Shown here piece after piece: positions 1-10,181 of a stretch of DNA of 64,000 bases (the first letter of the stretch is position 1; each line of letters starts with the position of its first letter). The notes under the pieces are model-generated. The model was not told the DNA's origin, made no database searches, and saw nothing but the letters and a program-made list of their open reading frames with translations. The stretch lies in NCBI GenBank assembly GCA_017656185.1, contig JACDOK010000001.1:205-64204 (forward strand), written 5' to 3'. Both the position numbers and the translations under genes were made by a program. This stretch comes from Peptococcaceae bacterium. GTDB lineage: Bacteria > Bacillota > Desulfotomaculia > Desulfotomaculales > JACDOK01.

Positions 1-129
1 CATATTCGCACCAAGCGCCGTTGGGAACCAAACCTTCAGCGGGTCAAGGCTATTGTTGACGGCCGGCCGAAGAGAATTCGCGTGTGTACCAGGTGTTTGC
101 GCAGCGGAAAGGTAGTACGCGCGATCTAA
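1..129 (+). CDS. rpmB: 50S ribosomal protein L28, C-terminal part (5' end outside window)
   Basis: Frame 1 reads HIRTKRRWEPNLQRVKAIVDGRPKRIRVCTRCLRSGKVVRAI*, the conserved L28 C-terminus. Absent from the ORF track because it is partial and short. Confidence 0.85.
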   Translation, partial: HIRTKRRWEPNLQRVKAIVDGRPKRIRVCTRCLRSGKVVRAI

Positions 130-137
130 GAGTATAA

Positions 138-161
138 AAAGCGCCTCTTGAGAGGCGCTTT
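138..161. terminator. Hairpin between convergent rpmB and ribH (AAAGCGCCTC-TTGA-GAGGCGCTTT), usable in both directions
   Basis: Perfect 10-bp stem whose arms include the A/T runs, located between two convergent genes. Confidence 0.6.
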
Positions 162-222
162 ACTTACGTATAGGGCTTTCTGACAGTTAGCATCCGGTTG
201 CCGGACCCCTGTTTCTCCTTGT

Positions 223-693
223 TTAGGCCTTGACACTGCGCATTAAATTTGCCATTTCAATGGCATTAACGGCGGACTGCCACCCCTTATTGCCGGACTT
301 CGTACCGGCCCGTTCAATGGCCTGCTCAATCGTATCTGCCGTAATAATACCGAAGATCACCGGTACACCCGAATCCAAACCCACCTTGGCTATGCCCTTT
401 GATACTTCAGCCGCTACGTAATCGAAGTGGGGTGTAGCCCCTCTAATAATGGCCCCCAGGCAAATAACAGCATCATAGGAGTTCTTTGCTGCCATTTGCC
501 GCGCAATCAGAGGAATTTCAAAGGAGCCCGGCACCCACGCGATTTCGACATCGTTTTCCGACACGCCGTGGCGGTTCAGCGCGTCTAGTGCTCCTGACAA
601 GAGTTTCTGGGTAATAAATTCATTAAACCTGCTCACTACAATGCCGAACTTTAGTCCTTCGCCAACAAGATGGCCTTCATAGATTTTCGCCAT
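223..693 (-). CDS. ribH: 6,7-dimethyl-8-ribityllumazine synthase
   Basis: 156-aa ORF; the translation is typical RibH ([21 protein letters not shown]) and lies in a rib operon. Confidence 0.95.
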   Translation of the reverse strand: MAKIYEGHLVGEGLKFGIVVSRFNEFITQKLLSGALDALNRHGVSENDVEIAWVPGSFEIPLIARQMAAKNSYDAVICLGAIIRGATPHFDYVAAEVSKGIAKVGLDSGVPVIFGIITADTIEQAIERAGTKSGNKGWQSAVNAIEMANLMRSVKA

Positions 694-706
694 TATATTC
701 GCTCCC

Positions 707-1909
707 TTACTCTGTTAGTGTGAGAAGATGGCCAAGTTTCTTTTTCTTGGTTGACAGGTAAAAACAATTTTCTTCTCCCGGCGGCACCTCAATAGGTACC
801 CTTTCTACAACTTCCAACCCGTGTCCTTCCAGCCCCTTTATTTTGCGGGGGTTATTTGTTAAAAGCCTGATTTTCGTCAGGCCCAAGTCCGACAGAATTT
901 GCGCCCCCATGCCGTAATCACGCAGGTCCGCGGGGAAACCCAATGCCTCATTGGCCTCGACGGTATCTTTTCCCTGATCCTGTAAGGCATAAGCTTTAAT
1001 CTTATTCAACAACCCGATACCCCTGCCTTCCTGCCGCATATACAGGAGTACCCCGGTTCCCTCCGCACTGATCTGCTTCAAGGCGCGGTCCAACTGCACC
1101 CCACAATCACATCTAAGTGAGCCGAAAACATCTCCCGTAAGACATTCCGAGTGCACTCTTACCAGGGGTGCCTCAACTTGGCTGAGATCACCTTTTATCA
1201 GTGCCACGTGTCCTTTATTATCTAACACGCTTTCATAGGCTACAATGGTAAAATCACCGTATTTTGTCGGCATTTTGGCCACGTCCACCTGGCGCACCAG
1301 TTTTTCCGTACGGCGGCGATACTTGATTAGGTCGGCAATAGTTATAATTTTTAACCCGTGTTCCTTAACAAACTCCATCAATTCCGGCACGCGGGCCATA
1401 GTGCCGTCATCTTTCATAACCTCACAAATAACTCCGGCCGGTATCAGCCCCGCCATTCTGGCAAGATCCACTGCCGCCTCGGTATGCCCGGCCCGCCTTA
1501 AAACACCACCATCCTTGGCACGAAGCGGGAAAATATGTCCCGGACGGCGTAAATCTTGTGGCGTAGTCGCCGGGTGAATCAGTTTTTGTACTGTCATTGC
1601 CCTCTCATAGGCCGATATCCCCGTAGCCGTATCTTTGGCATCTACCGATACGGTAAATGCCGTACCATGGGGATCAGTGCTGTTACTAACCATAAGAGGC
1701 AGATCAAGTTCATCGGCCCGCTGTTCGGTAATGGGTACACAAATTAAGCCGCGGCCGTGTGTGGCCATAAAGTTGATGGCCTCCGGTGTGACCTTTTCCG
1801 CAGCAATTACCAGGTCGCCTTCATTTTCACGATCGTAATCGTCAACGACCACGATTATTTTACCTTCACGTATGTCCTGGATCGCCTCTTCAATGGTGTT
1901 AAACTTCAT
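707..1909 (-). CDS. ribBA: Bifunctional 3,4-dihydroxy-2-butanone-4-phosphate synthase / GTP cyclohydrolase II
   Basis: 400-aa ORF with the DHBP synthase N-terminal half (DRENEGDL) and the GCH-II C-terminal half ([14 protein letters not shown]). Confidence 0.95.
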   Translation of the reverse strand: MKFNTIEEAIQDIREGKIIVVVDDYDRENEGDLVIAAEKVTPEAINFMATHGRGLICVPITEQRADELDLPLMVSNSTDPHGTAFTVSVDAKDTATGISAYERAMTVQKLIHPATTPQDLRRPGHIFPLRAKDGGVLRRAGHTEAAVDLARMAGLIPAGVICEVMKDDGTMARVPELMEFVKEHGLKIITIADLIKYRRRTEKLVRQVDVAKMPTKYGDFTIVAYESVLDNKGHVALIKGDLSQVEAPLVRVHSECLTGDVFGSLRCDCGVQLDRALKQISAEGTGVLLYMRQEGRGIGLLNKIKAYALQDQGKDTVEANEALGFPADLRDYGMGAQILSDLGLTKIRLLTNNPRKIKGLEGHGLEVVERVPIEVPPGEENCFYLSTKKKKLGHLLTLTE

Positions 1910-1974
1910 TATGTTCCTCCTCTTCCCTGGACCTCTAGCACCTTAAAAACCTGCCTGTCGAAATACCGGTATAA

Positions 1975-2625
1975 CTATAAAAAGCCGTGGCGCGCAAGAA
2001 AGTCAGCATCTATATCTCGCACCGGAGTATCGTTCTCGTCGCGCCGGAGCATTTTTTCTACATACTTGGCAATAATGTCGGCTTCCAAGTTGACACTGTC
2101 TCCCACCTTTTTAAAACCTAGCGTCGTCATTTCGAAAGTGTGGGGGATGATGGACACGCTGAAACCTTTTTTATCGACATCAACTACCGTTAAACTAATA
2201 CCATCAATAGCTATGGAACCTTTTTTAACAGTATAGCGTATAATTTCGGGAGGTGCCTCAATAAAAAACACAACAGCAATACCGTGGGGCTCGCGCCGTA
2301 CGATAGTGCCTATCCCATCAATATGACCCGTCACGAGATGCCCTCCCAGGCGGCCACCCACCTGCATCGCCCGTTCAAGGTTGACTTTGTGGCCAGGCTT
2401 CAACTTACTAAGGTTGGTTTTAGCCAGGGTTTCGGCCATTACGTCGACACTGAACCAGGTGGGAGCGAAATCTATTACGGTCAGGCATACCCCGTTGACC
2501 GCAATACTGTCCCCCAGGTTAACCTTTTCCAAAACCTTTTTGGCCTGAATCACAAGCCGCGCGGACTCAGGCGCCCGTTCTATCCTTTGTAAAGTACCTA
2601 ATTCTTCGATAATCCCGGTAAACAC
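1975..2625 (-). CDS. ribE: Riboflavin synthase (alpha chain)
   Basis: 216-aa ORF starting MFTGIIEE (GTG start) with the duplicated lumazine-binding repeat. Confidence 0.95.
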   Translation of the reverse strand: MFTGIIEELGTLQRIERAPESARLVIQAKKVLEKVNLGDSIAVNGVCLTVIDFAPTWFSVDVMAETLAKTNLSKLKPGHKVNLERAMQVGGRLGGHLVTGHIDGIGTIVRREPHGIAVVFFIEAPPEIIRYTVKKGSIAIDGISLTVVDVDKKGFSVSIIPHTFEMTTLGFKKVGDSVNLEADIIAKYVEKMLRRDENDTPVRDIDADFLARHGFL

Positions 2626-2644
2626 CGGCTTTACCTCCGTTAAT

Positions 2645-2686
2645 ACAATGGAATATCCAGTAGAGATCCAATAGAATATACAATTG
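2645..2686. repeat. Three tandem ~12-bp units (ACAATGGAATAT / CCAGTAGAGAT / CCAATAGAATAT) followed by ACAATTG, in the ribD-ribE spacer
   Basis: Read directly. The same motif pair occurs upstream of ku (30629-30659), and a single unit occurs at 3993-4004 next to the ribD promoter. Confidence 0.6.
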
Positions 2687-2756
2687 TTGTTTAAAGCATT
2701 CCTTTAAGGTCAGCGGTCGGGCGCAGAGACCCGACCCTACATTCCATAAAAGTTAC

Positions 2757-3857
2757 TTAATCCTTTTCCCATACGGGATACCCTTCTATACAGATATCCT
2801 GCCCCAAGGTACGGACCGACATATCGGATAAACGGACGGCCTCGCTCATCCGCGCAATCCCCGCCCCCCCCACGGGGCCCGGGGCTCGTTCACCACCGAT
2901 TATTTTGGGAGCCACAAACCAAACCACCTTATCAACTAACTTTTGTGCTAAAAATGAAGCGTGCACCCTGGAGCCGCCTTCCACAAGAATACTTGTCAAG
3001 GATTGTTCTCCCAGCACAGCCATTAACTCTTTTAAACTGACCTGCGGGCCGTCTCCGCAGGTTAAAACCTCCACGCCGGCCTCCCGTAGAGCTTGTACCT
3101 TACTGGCGGATGCCTTACCGGTCACAGCAATAATTGTCTTTGCCGTAGAATTATTCCCTACAACTTTGGCATCTAAAGGGGTACGGGCAAGGCTGTCCAG
3201 TATAATACGCACCGGATCACGTCCCTCCCGGCCGGGAAGCCTGGTCGTTAAAGAAGGATTATCTTGTAAGACAGTGTTAATCCCTACCAAAATACAGTCG
3301 TAACGGTCACGTAACTCGTGGACATATCTTCGTGCCTCGTCGCCGGTAATCCACCGCGATTCCCCGGTACGGGTGGCAATCTTGCCGTCCAGGCTCATAG
3401 CAGCCTTAAGAACAATAAAAGGACGCCTTGTGGTGATATATTTGATAAACACCTCGTTTAACCGCCGGGCTTCATCATACAGTACATTTTCAGTTACCTC
3501 AACCCCGTGTTCCCGCAGCCTGGCTATTCCTTTGCCGGCTACCAGTGGATTGGGGTCGCGCATGGCAATAACCACCCTGCGGATACCTGCCGACAAAATG
3601 GCCTCCGTACAGGGACCTGTGCGCCCGGTATGACAACAAGGCTCCAGGTTGACATACAGCGTAGCTTCCCGTGCCTTCTCCCCCGCGTCACGCAGGGCTT
3701 CTATCTCGGCGTGCGGTTGGCCTGCCCGGGTGTGGAAACCACGACCGATAACTTGGCCGTCCTTCACAATTACCGCACCCACCATCGGGTTGGGACTGGT
3801 GCGCCCCCGCGCTTTAACGGCCAAATCCAACGCCATGCGCATATATTCGGCGTCCAT
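2757..3857 (-). CDS. ribD: Bifunctional diaminohydroxyphosphoribosylaminopyrimidine deaminase / 5-amino-6-(5-phosphoribosylamino)uracil reductase
   Basis: 366-aa ORF with the deaminase zinc motifs (HAE, PCxxC-like CCHTGRTGPC) and the reductase C-terminal half. Confidence 0.95.
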   Translation of the reverse strand: MDAEYMRMALDLAVKARGRTSPNPMVGAVIVKDGQVIGRGFHTRAGQPHAEIEALRDAGEKAREATLYVNLEPCCHTGRTGPCTEAILSAGIRRVVIAMRDPNPLVAGKGIARLREHGVEVTENVLYDEARRLNEVFIKYITTRRPFIVLKAAMSLDGKIATRTGESRWITGDEARRYVHELRDRYDCILVGINTVLQDNPSLTTRLPGREGRDPVRIILDSLARTPLDAKVVGNNSTAKTIIAVTGKASASKVQALREAGVEVLTCGDGPQVSLKELMAVLGEQSLTSILVEGGSRVHASFLAQKLVDKVVWFVAPKIIGGERAPGPVGGAGIARMSEAVRLSDMSVRTLGQDICIEGYPVWEKD

Positions 3858-3956
3858 ATAAAGGCCCTCCTAGGAAAAAGAAAAAGCCCACTTTTGCCGG
3901 CTTTAGTCCTTCCGCGAGTATGTTCGACACTACCCGGCATCCTCTAACCCAGTTCG

Positions 3957-3986
3957 ATTATACGAACGCGTATCTGTTAATGTCAA
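3957..3986 (-). promoter_or_regulatory. Candidate sigma-A promoter of the rib operon (TTGACA-N18-TATAAT)
   Basis: Minus strand reads cTTGACAttaacagatacgcgttcgTATAATcg, about 100 nt upstream of the ribD ATG. Confidence 0.45.
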
Positions 3987-4111
3987 GTTAGTATAATGGA
4001 ATATACCATTATGGGTAGCGGGAAATATTGACGGGCATAATCAGTTCCAGCAAAAGAAAGCCATTAGTCCCTTCATTACCAATTACCATTAAGCTGTCAA
4101 TACGGTAACTG

Positions 4112-5089
4112 CTACCCCCCGATCTGCGACATCAGTTTATCCGTTACGGTAGGAAAGCTGCCCTCACCACGCCCTTCCGGTTTTTGGGTAATAGCTTCGG
4201 CTATAAGATCCGCTATGGCCTGGTCGCCTGTACTACTTTTGCGCAGCAAAGGCTTAAGGTCGAATTCCTCCCCGTTGCACAGGCACGGTCGCAGGCCACC
4301 GGAAGCCGTTAGTCTTATCCTATTACAAGAAGGACAAAAAGACCCACTCAGAGGACTAATCATCCCAACGGTCCCTTTTCCGCCGGGTATTTGCCAATAC
4401 CGCGCCGGACCGTTTCCTCCCACATTTCCCTTCGGTTTAAGGTTACCATAAACATTTTCCAGCCGGGTATAAATTTCCGCGGCAGTAACCAGCAATTCGT
4501 CAGCACGTTTACTTCCCGCCCCAATAGGCATCATTTCAATAAAGCGCACGTGAAGGGGATATAACTTTGTTAATGCGGCAAAATCGATTATTTCATCATC
4601 GTTTATCCCCTTCATTACTACCATGTTAAGTTTTACGGGATTAAAACCGTAACTCAGCGCTGCCTCAATACCTTTCCAAACGTCGTTCCATTTATCAACG
4701 CGGGTAATTTCCTTAAAGCGCCCCCGTCTTAAGGTATCCAAACTGATATTTACCCTTTTAAGACCGGCCTTTTTTAAGGCAGCAGCATATTGTGTAAAAA
4801 GGCAACCATTGGTAGTCATAGCTATATCGTCAATGCCGGCTATTTCATTTATACCGGCCACCAATGGCACGATATCCCGTCTCACTAAGGGCTCCCCGCC
4901 GGTCAAACGAACCTTGCGAATACCGACTCTGGTTCCGACCCGGACAACCCGCAACAGGTCTTCCAGCGGTAACCCTTCGTGATAAGGTAAATCACCCTCA
5001 CCGGGCGTACAGTAGAAACATCGCATGTTACAACGTTCGGTAACCGATACCCGCAGGTAAGTAACTTCCCGCTTGAACTTATCCTGCAC
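4112..5089 (-). CDS. moaA: GTP 3',8-cyclase (molybdenum cofactor biosynthesis protein A)
   Basis: Radical-SAM motif CNMRCFYC and MoaA C-terminal Cys motifs. I prefer the GTG start at 5089 (SD GGGGGG 6 nt upstream, N-terminus VQDKFKREVTYLRVS). The ORF-track TTG at 5122 sits in the U-tail of the upstream terminator. Confidence 0.9.
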   Translation of the reverse strand: MQDKFKREVTYLRVSVTERCNMRCFYCTPGEGDLPYHEGLPLEDLLRVVRVGTRVGIRKVRLTGGEPLVRRDIVPLVAGINEIAGIDDIAMTTNGCLFTQYAAALKKAGLKRVNISLDTLRRGRFKEITRVDKWNDVWKGIEAALSYGFNPVKLNMVVMKGINDDEIIDFAALTKLYPLHVRFIEMMPIGAGSKRADELLVTAAEIYTRLENVYGNLKPKGNVGGNGPARYWQIPGGKGTVGMISPLSGSFCPSCNRIRLTASGGLRPCLCNGEEFDLKPLLRKSSTGDQAIADLIAEAITQKPEGRGEGSFPTVTDKLMSQIGG

Positions 5090-5120
5090 AGGAGTCCCCC
5101 CTTTTTTTAACACCGTTAGC

Positions 5121-5155
5121 AAAAAAGCCGGGTTTTTAATGTACCCAACCCGGCT
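5121..5155 (-). terminator. Rho-independent terminator after the SPFH gene
   Basis: Minus strand AGCCGGGTT-(12-nt loop)-AACCCGGCT followed by TTTTTT. Confidence 0.7.
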
Positions 5156-5246
5156 ATCATTACCCCCTGTATAAGCTTTTCTATATTACTTACTGTTTTC
5201 CTGCTTATGGAACAAATTTATAATTATGACACTCTAACTATAGTCA

Positions 5247-6032
5247 TCATTCACCCTTTTTGGACTGCTGCGGCATAACTCCCATTTTCTCGGCGATGCT
5301 CTTCAAAAAGTCCATAGGAATGGGGAACACAATGGTGTTGGAATTTTCAGCGGAGATTTCAGTTAATGTCTGCAGGTACCGCAGCTGCAGCGCTGCAGGG
5401 TATTTACTCATAATATGGGCGGCTTCGGCCAGTTTTTCGGCAGCCTGGTACTCCCCGTCGGCATGGATAATCTTAGCGCGCCGGTCTCTTTCGGCGGCAG
5501 CTTGCGCCGCCATGGCCCGCTGCAGCGATTGGGGCAGTTCCACATCACGAATTTCCACCAGACTTACTTTAACACCCCAGGGTTCGGTACCCTCATCAAT
5601 AATTTGCTGCAGGCGCCGGTTAATTTCATCCCGCTGGGCCAGCAGTTCATCAAGTTCAGACTGGCCGAGCACACTCCGTAATGTTGTCTGTGCCAGTTGG
5701 GAAGTAGCTCGCACGTGATCCGCAACCTTCAGAACCGCCGAACCGGGGTCGACCACGCGGAAGTAAATGACAGCATTTACCTTAACCGTCACGTTATCGC
5801 GCGTGATGGCTTCCTGAGTAGGCACATCAGCGGTAAAAACGCGCAAATCCACCTTCTGCATCCGTTCAATAAAGGGTATGATAAAAAACAATCCCGGTCC
5901 CCGTGCCCCTACAAAGCGCCCCAGGCGGAAAATGACACCGCGCTCGTACTCCTGCACGATGCGAATGGAAGCAGATAGTAACCCTCCTAAAACCGCAATG
6001 ACAACAACCCAGAACATTAAAAATTCAAACAT
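5247..6032 (-). CDS. SPFH/band-7 (stomatin-like, slipin) membrane protein
   Basis: 261-aa ORF with an N-terminal TM helix and the SPFH core (VDLRV, TRDNV, coiled AAQAAAERD). It is paired with NfeD as in the known NfeD-stomatin operons. Confidence 0.9.
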   Translation of the reverse strand: MFEFLMFWVVVIAVLGGLLSASIRIVQEYERGVIFRLGRFVGARGPGLFFIIPFIERMQKVDLRVFTADVPTQEAITRDNVTVKVNAVIYFRVVDPGSAVLKVADHVRATSQLAQTTLRSVLGQSELDELLAQRDEINRRLQQIIDEGTEPWGVKVSLVEIRDVELPQSLQRAMAAQAAAERDRRAKIIHADGEYQAAEKLAEAAHIMSKYPAALQLRYLQTLTEISAENSNTIVFPIPMDFLKSIAEKMGVMPQQSKKGE

Positions 6033-6055
6033 CTAAAGACCAGCCCCCTCACAGA

Positions 6056-7399
6056 TTAACCTTCATTCCCGGCACTTACCTGCCGTTTTCTAACGTACAA
6101 TCGCAATCCTTCCACCCTGTTCACCGTCACCTCGGCCCCGGCTTCTATGACCCCATCTTCGGCCACCGCCTTCCAGCGCTCACCTTGGAACAATACTGTC
6201 CCTTCAGGATTAAGATCCGTCAGGGCCTCTCCCTTAGCACCGATAAAACTTTCCAATCCTGTAGTGGCCCGCTTCCGCTGGGCCTTAATAATGGCCTGCA
6301 GCGCAAAGACCATAAAGGCGCTAATACTGACGACCACCCCGGCGATAACTCCAAAACTCACTTGCGGCATAGGGGACCCCTGGCTGAAAAGCATCAACGA
6401 ACCGGCGGTAAGAGCAATGATACCACCCAGTGTCAGAAGGCCGAAGCTGGTGACAAACAGCTCCGCAACAAAGAGCGCAAAACCAAGCAGCATCAGCAGG
6501 ACGCCGCTCCAGGAAGCATCAAGCGTTCCCAGGGAATACAAAGCCACTAAAAGAGAGATGCCCCCCGTCACCCCCGGAAAAATCAAACCGGGATGAAACA
6601 ACTCGACTACCAAACCCAGCATACCCAGGGAAAGCAGTATGTACGCCACGTTGGGATCGCTGACCGTGTGGAGAAACTTTTCACTGGCCGTCATCTCTGA
6701 CCGTCGAAGGTTGGCTTGCTCCGTGTCTAAAATAATTCGCTTCCCTGAATTTAAGATAATTTCCCGCCCGTCAATATCCTTCAGCAAAGTCTCCAGATTG
6801 GGTGACCGCAAGTCAATGAGGTTAATTTTCAAAGCTTCTTTATCGGTATACGACCTGCTTTCGGTTACCGCCAAGGCCGCTTTAGCGCCATTCCGGCCGC
6901 GTGATTCGGCAATACTACGTGCCCAGGCGGCAGCATCCTGGGTAATTTTTTCCGCCTGCGTTGGAGACAGTTCTTGCCCTTCTCCCGCCACAGGGTGAGC
7001 CGCCCCGATACGGCTGCCGGGTGCCATTGCCGCGACATGGGCGGCTATGGTAATGAATGTGCCCGCCGAGCCAGCCCATCCCCCCGCCGGAGATACATAC
7101 ACAACCACCGGCACTTCGGCGTTCAGGATTTCCTGTACAATACCCTGGGTCGTATGGTACAGGCCACCGGGGGTATTCAAGGTAATAATACAAGCCTCAG
7201 CACCTGTCTCTTCTGCTTCTGAAATGCCACGAATAATATAACGCTCCACTACAGGAACAATAGGACCCTCAACATTTAATACCGCAACTTCCCTTTCCGC
7301 CGCTCCGGTACCCGGTAAAGGTAGCAGAACCACTGCCATCAGGAATAGCAAGGCAGCATAAATATATCTGACAGGCATTGTCCCGGCTCCTTGTACCAT
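6056..7399 (-). CDS. NfeD family membrane-bound ClpP-class serine protease
   Basis: 447-aa ORF with a signal/TM segment, a ClpP-like domain, a multi-TM region and a C-terminal NfeD OB-fold. It overlaps the proS stop by 1 nt. Confidence 0.85.
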   Translation of the reverse strand: MVQGAGTMPVRYIYAALLFLMAVVLLPLPGTGAAEREVAVLNVEGPIVPVVERYIIRGISEAEETGAEACIITLNTPGGLYHTTQGIVQEILNAEVPVVVYVSPAGGWAGSAGTFITIAAHVAAMAPGSRIGAAHPVAGEGQELSPTQAEKITQDAAAWARSIAESRGRNGAKAALAVTESRSYTDKEALKINLIDLRSPNLETLLKDIDGREIILNSGKRIILDTEQANLRRSEMTASEKFLHTVSDPNVAYILLSLGMLGLVVELFHPGLIFPGVTGGISLLVALYSLGTLDASWSGVLLMLLGFALFVAELFVTSFGLLTLGGIIALTAGSLMLFSQGSPMPQVSFGVIAGVVVSISAFMVFALQAIIKAQRKRATTGLESFIGAKGEALTDLNPEGTVLFQGERWKAVAEDGVIEAGAEVTVNRVEGLRLYVRKRQVSAGNEG

Positions 7400-9105
7400 T
7401 ATTTTTCCAGAAAACTGTTTACCGTAGAAACCAGTTCATCAAGTCCTACCGTTATGGTTTCCCCCGTCCGGCGGTGGCGTACTTCCACCAAGCCCTCAGG
7501 CGCTTTTTTGCCTACCGTAATACGCACGGGATAACCGATTAGATCGGCATCGTTAAATTTTACGCCCGGTCTTTCTCTACGATCATCAAGCAAAGTTTCA
7601 AAACCTTTATTTTCCAATAACCGGTATACCTGCTCGGCCAATGCGGCCTGCGTTTTATCCTTTATATTTACCGGTACTATCACCACGTGGAAGGGGGCCA
7701 GGGATGCCGGCCAAATGATGCCGTAATCATCGTGATTTTGTTCCACGGCAGCAGCCATCGTACGCGTGATACCTATCCCGTAACATCCCATAATGATCGG
7801 CTTTTCTTCACCATTGGCGTCCAGGAAAGTGGCCCCCATTGCCTTGGAATACTTTGTGCCCAGCTTAAAAATCTGGCCTACCTCGATACCCCTGGTAGCC
7901 ACAAGGGTCCCGCCACAATACGCGCACGTTTCCCCCGCCCCTACCAGCCTGATATCGGTCACGTGATCGGGAACGAAATCCCGGCCCGGGTTTACATTGA
8001 TGTAATGCGCATCTTTCCTGTTGGCACCGGTTACGCCGTTGACAAGATCCGTAACTTCCTCATCCACCACCAGGTCGACACCGTCCAAACCTACCGGGCC
8101 GGCGAAACCCACCGGAGCACCGGTAACCTGCTCGATGGTAGCCTCGTCGGCCAATTCAAGGTGTACCGTCCCAAGGACATTTTGTAATTTTACTTCATTA
8201 ATGTCCCTGTCGCCCCTTACCAGGGCGGCAACAATACCCTTTTCCGTACGGTACAACACCGTTTTGATCAGGCGCTCGGGAGCTACGCCAAGAAAAGAAG
8301 ATACTTCTTCAATGGTTCGCATTCCAGGTGTAGAAACCTCTTCCAGAGGCTGCGGCTGTTCATCAGCCGGGTTATCTTTCCTTTTACTGATGGCTTTTTC
8401 CACATTGGCAGCATAGCCGCATTCCGGGTTATCACAATATACCACGGTGGCTTCACCGGCATCGGCAAAAACCATAAACTCGTGACTGACATTTCCACCA
8501 ATAGGGCCGGAATCGGCTTCCACCGGTCGAAATTCCAAACCACACCTGGAAAACACCCTGCTGTAAGCCTCATGCATTTTCTGATAACTTATTTCTAATC
8601 CCGCTTCATCGATATCAAAGGAATAGAGATCCTTCATAATAAACTCGCGGCCGCGCATCAGACCAAACCGGGGCCGGATTTCATCGCGGTATTTATTGCC
8701 GATATGGTACAGCAGTAAAGGCATCTGCTTGTAAGAACGCACTTCGTTTCTTACTAACTCGGTAATAATTTCTTCATGCGTAGGACCCAGGCAAAAATCA
8801 CGACCATGACGGTCCTTCAGGCGGAAAAGTTCAGGGCCATAAACATCCCACCGTCCCGATTTCATCCATAACTCAGCAGGCTGCATGATCGGCATCAATA
8901 ACTCCTGCCCCCCCTGCCGGTCCATTTCCTCACGCACAATGGCAATTATTTTCTTAAGAACACGTTGTCCCAACGGCAGAATAGTATAGATGCCGGCCGC
9001 AGCCTTTCTTATGAAACCTGCACGTACCAGAAGCTGGTGACTGACCACCTCGGCCTCGGCAGGTGTTTCACGAAGTGTTACGATCATGTACTCAGATGCC
9101 CGCAT
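7399..9105 (-). CDS. proS: Proline--tRNA ligase (bacterial type with editing domain)
   Basis: 568-aa ORF; class II aaRS motifs and the INS editing domain are evident in the translation. Confidence 0.95.
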   Translation of the reverse strand: MRASEYMIVTLRETPAEAEVVSHQLLVRAGFIRKAAAGIYTILPLGQRVLKKIIAIVREEMDRQGGQELLMPIMQPAELWMKSGRWDVYGPELFRLKDRHGRDFCLGPTHEEIITELVRNEVRSYKQMPLLLYHIGNKYRDEIRPRFGLMRGREFIMKDLYSFDIDEAGLEISYQKMHEAYSRVFSRCGLEFRPVEADSGPIGGNVSHEFMVFADAGEATVVYCDNPECGYAANVEKAISKRKDNPADEQPQPLEEVSTPGMRTIEEVSSFLGVAPERLIKTVLYRTEKGIVAALVRGDRDINEVKLQNVLGTVHLELADEATIEQVTGAPVGFAGPVGLDGVDLVVDEEVTDLVNGVTGANRKDAHYINVNPGRDFVPDHVTDIRLVGAGETCAYCGGTLVATRGIEVGQIFKLGTKYSKAMGATFLDANGEEKPIIMGCYGIGITRTMAAAVEQNHDDYGIIWPASLAPFHVVIVPVNIKDKTQAALAEQVYRLLENKGFETLLDDRRERPGVKFNDADLIGYPVRITVGKKAPEGLVEVRHRRTGETITVGLDELVSTVNSFLEK

Positions 9106-9119
9106 TCAAGCGCCTCCCT

Positions 9120-10163
9120 TCACAGCTTAGCTATTTCTTCCAAAAGTGCCGTAACCAATTGCCCTTCCGGTACCCTGCGCACCGGTTTACCTTTACGAAA
9201 AACCAGTCCCACTCCCTTACCCCCGGCAATGCCCACATCGGCTTCCCGGGCTTCCCCGGGCCCGTTGACAACACAGCCCATGACGGCGACCTTTAAGGGC
9301 TTGGTAATGTTTTGAAGCTTGTCCTCAACTTCGGCAGCGATGCTGATAACATCGATGGCCGTACGCCCGCAAGTAGGGCAAGATATCAGTTCCACCCCGC
9401 GGCGGCGCAGTTTAAGAGCTTTCAATATTTCCCAAGCCGCCCAGACCTCGTACCGGGGATGGGCTGTTAATGAAACGCGGATGGTATCACCGATACCCTC
9501 CGCTAACAAAATCCCCAGGCCTACGGACGATTTAACCAGCCCTCCCCGTAAGGTACCGGCCTCAGTGACCCCGATATGCAGCGGGTAGTCAAACTGCGTC
9601 GATATAAGACGATAGGCCTCAATCATAAGCGGCACATCGCTGGCCTTGAGTGAGACCTTAATATCGTTAAAGTTCAACGCTTCTAAGATATAGATATGTT
9701 CTTTAGCGCTCTCCACCAGTGCCTGGGGTGTAAGGCCGTATTTTTCCAGTACTTTTTTATGTAGAGAACCGGCATTGACCCCGATCCTAATGGGTACTCC
9801 CCGCTCTTTTGCAGCGGCCACAATTTCCCGTACCTTTTGTTTAGAACCGATATTCCCGGGATTGATACGTAAACCGTTAATACCGGCATCCAGAGCAGCC
9901 AGGGCCAAACGGTAATCATAATGGATGTCGGCCACCAAAGGTACCTTGGCGGCAGGGCAAATGACCTTAAGAGCCTCAGCGGCCTCGGCATCGGGTACGG
10001 CGAGGCGCACCACCTCACAACCGGCATCCCTTAATTCTGCAATTTGCCGTAAAGTGGTATCGGGGTCGCGCGTGTCAGTATTGGTCATAGACTGAACCAC
10101 GACCGGTGCCCCGCCGCCGACGGTAACATCACCGATGCGTACCGCCCTGGTCTTCTTGCGCAT
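9120..10163 (-). CDS. ispG: 4-hydroxy-3-methylbut-2-en-1-yl diphosphate synthase
   Basis: 347-aa ORF; typical IspG/GcpE sequence (VQSMTNT, CPTCGR). Confidence 0.95.
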   Translation of the reverse strand: MRKKTRAVRIGDVTVGGGAPVVVQSMTNTDTRDPDTTLRQIAELRDAGCEVVRLAVPDAEAAEALKVICPAAKVPLVADIHYDYRLALAALDAGINGLRINPGNIGSKQKVREIVAAAKERGVPIRIGVNAGSLHKKVLEKYGLTPQALVESAKEHIYILEALNFNDIKVSLKASDVPLMIEAYRLISTQFDYPLHIGVTEAGTLRGGLVKSSVGLGILLAEGIGDTIRVSLTAHPRYEVWAAWEILKALKLRRRGVELISCPTCGRTAIDVISIAAEVEDKLQNITKPLKVAVMGCVVNGPGEAREADVGIAGGKGVGLVFRKGKPVRRVPEGQLVTALLEEIAKL

Positions 10164-10181
10164 AGACCGGTCCTCCTAAAA

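Noticed and set aside
3858-4111. Partial resemblance of the leader segment GAGGATGCCGGGTAGTGTCGAACA to the FMN riboswitch 3' half (GAGAUGCCGGAGCCGACAGU).
   Set aside because: The match is short and needs an indel, the 5' half and P1 are missing, and the best promoter lies inside where the aptamer would have to be. I treat it as no detectable RFN pending a covariance-model scan.
5090-5122. ORF-track TTG start of moaA at 5122.
   Set aside because: It sits in the U-tract of the upstream terminator with no SD. The GTG at 5089 has a GGGGGG SD and matches the usual MoaA N-terminus.
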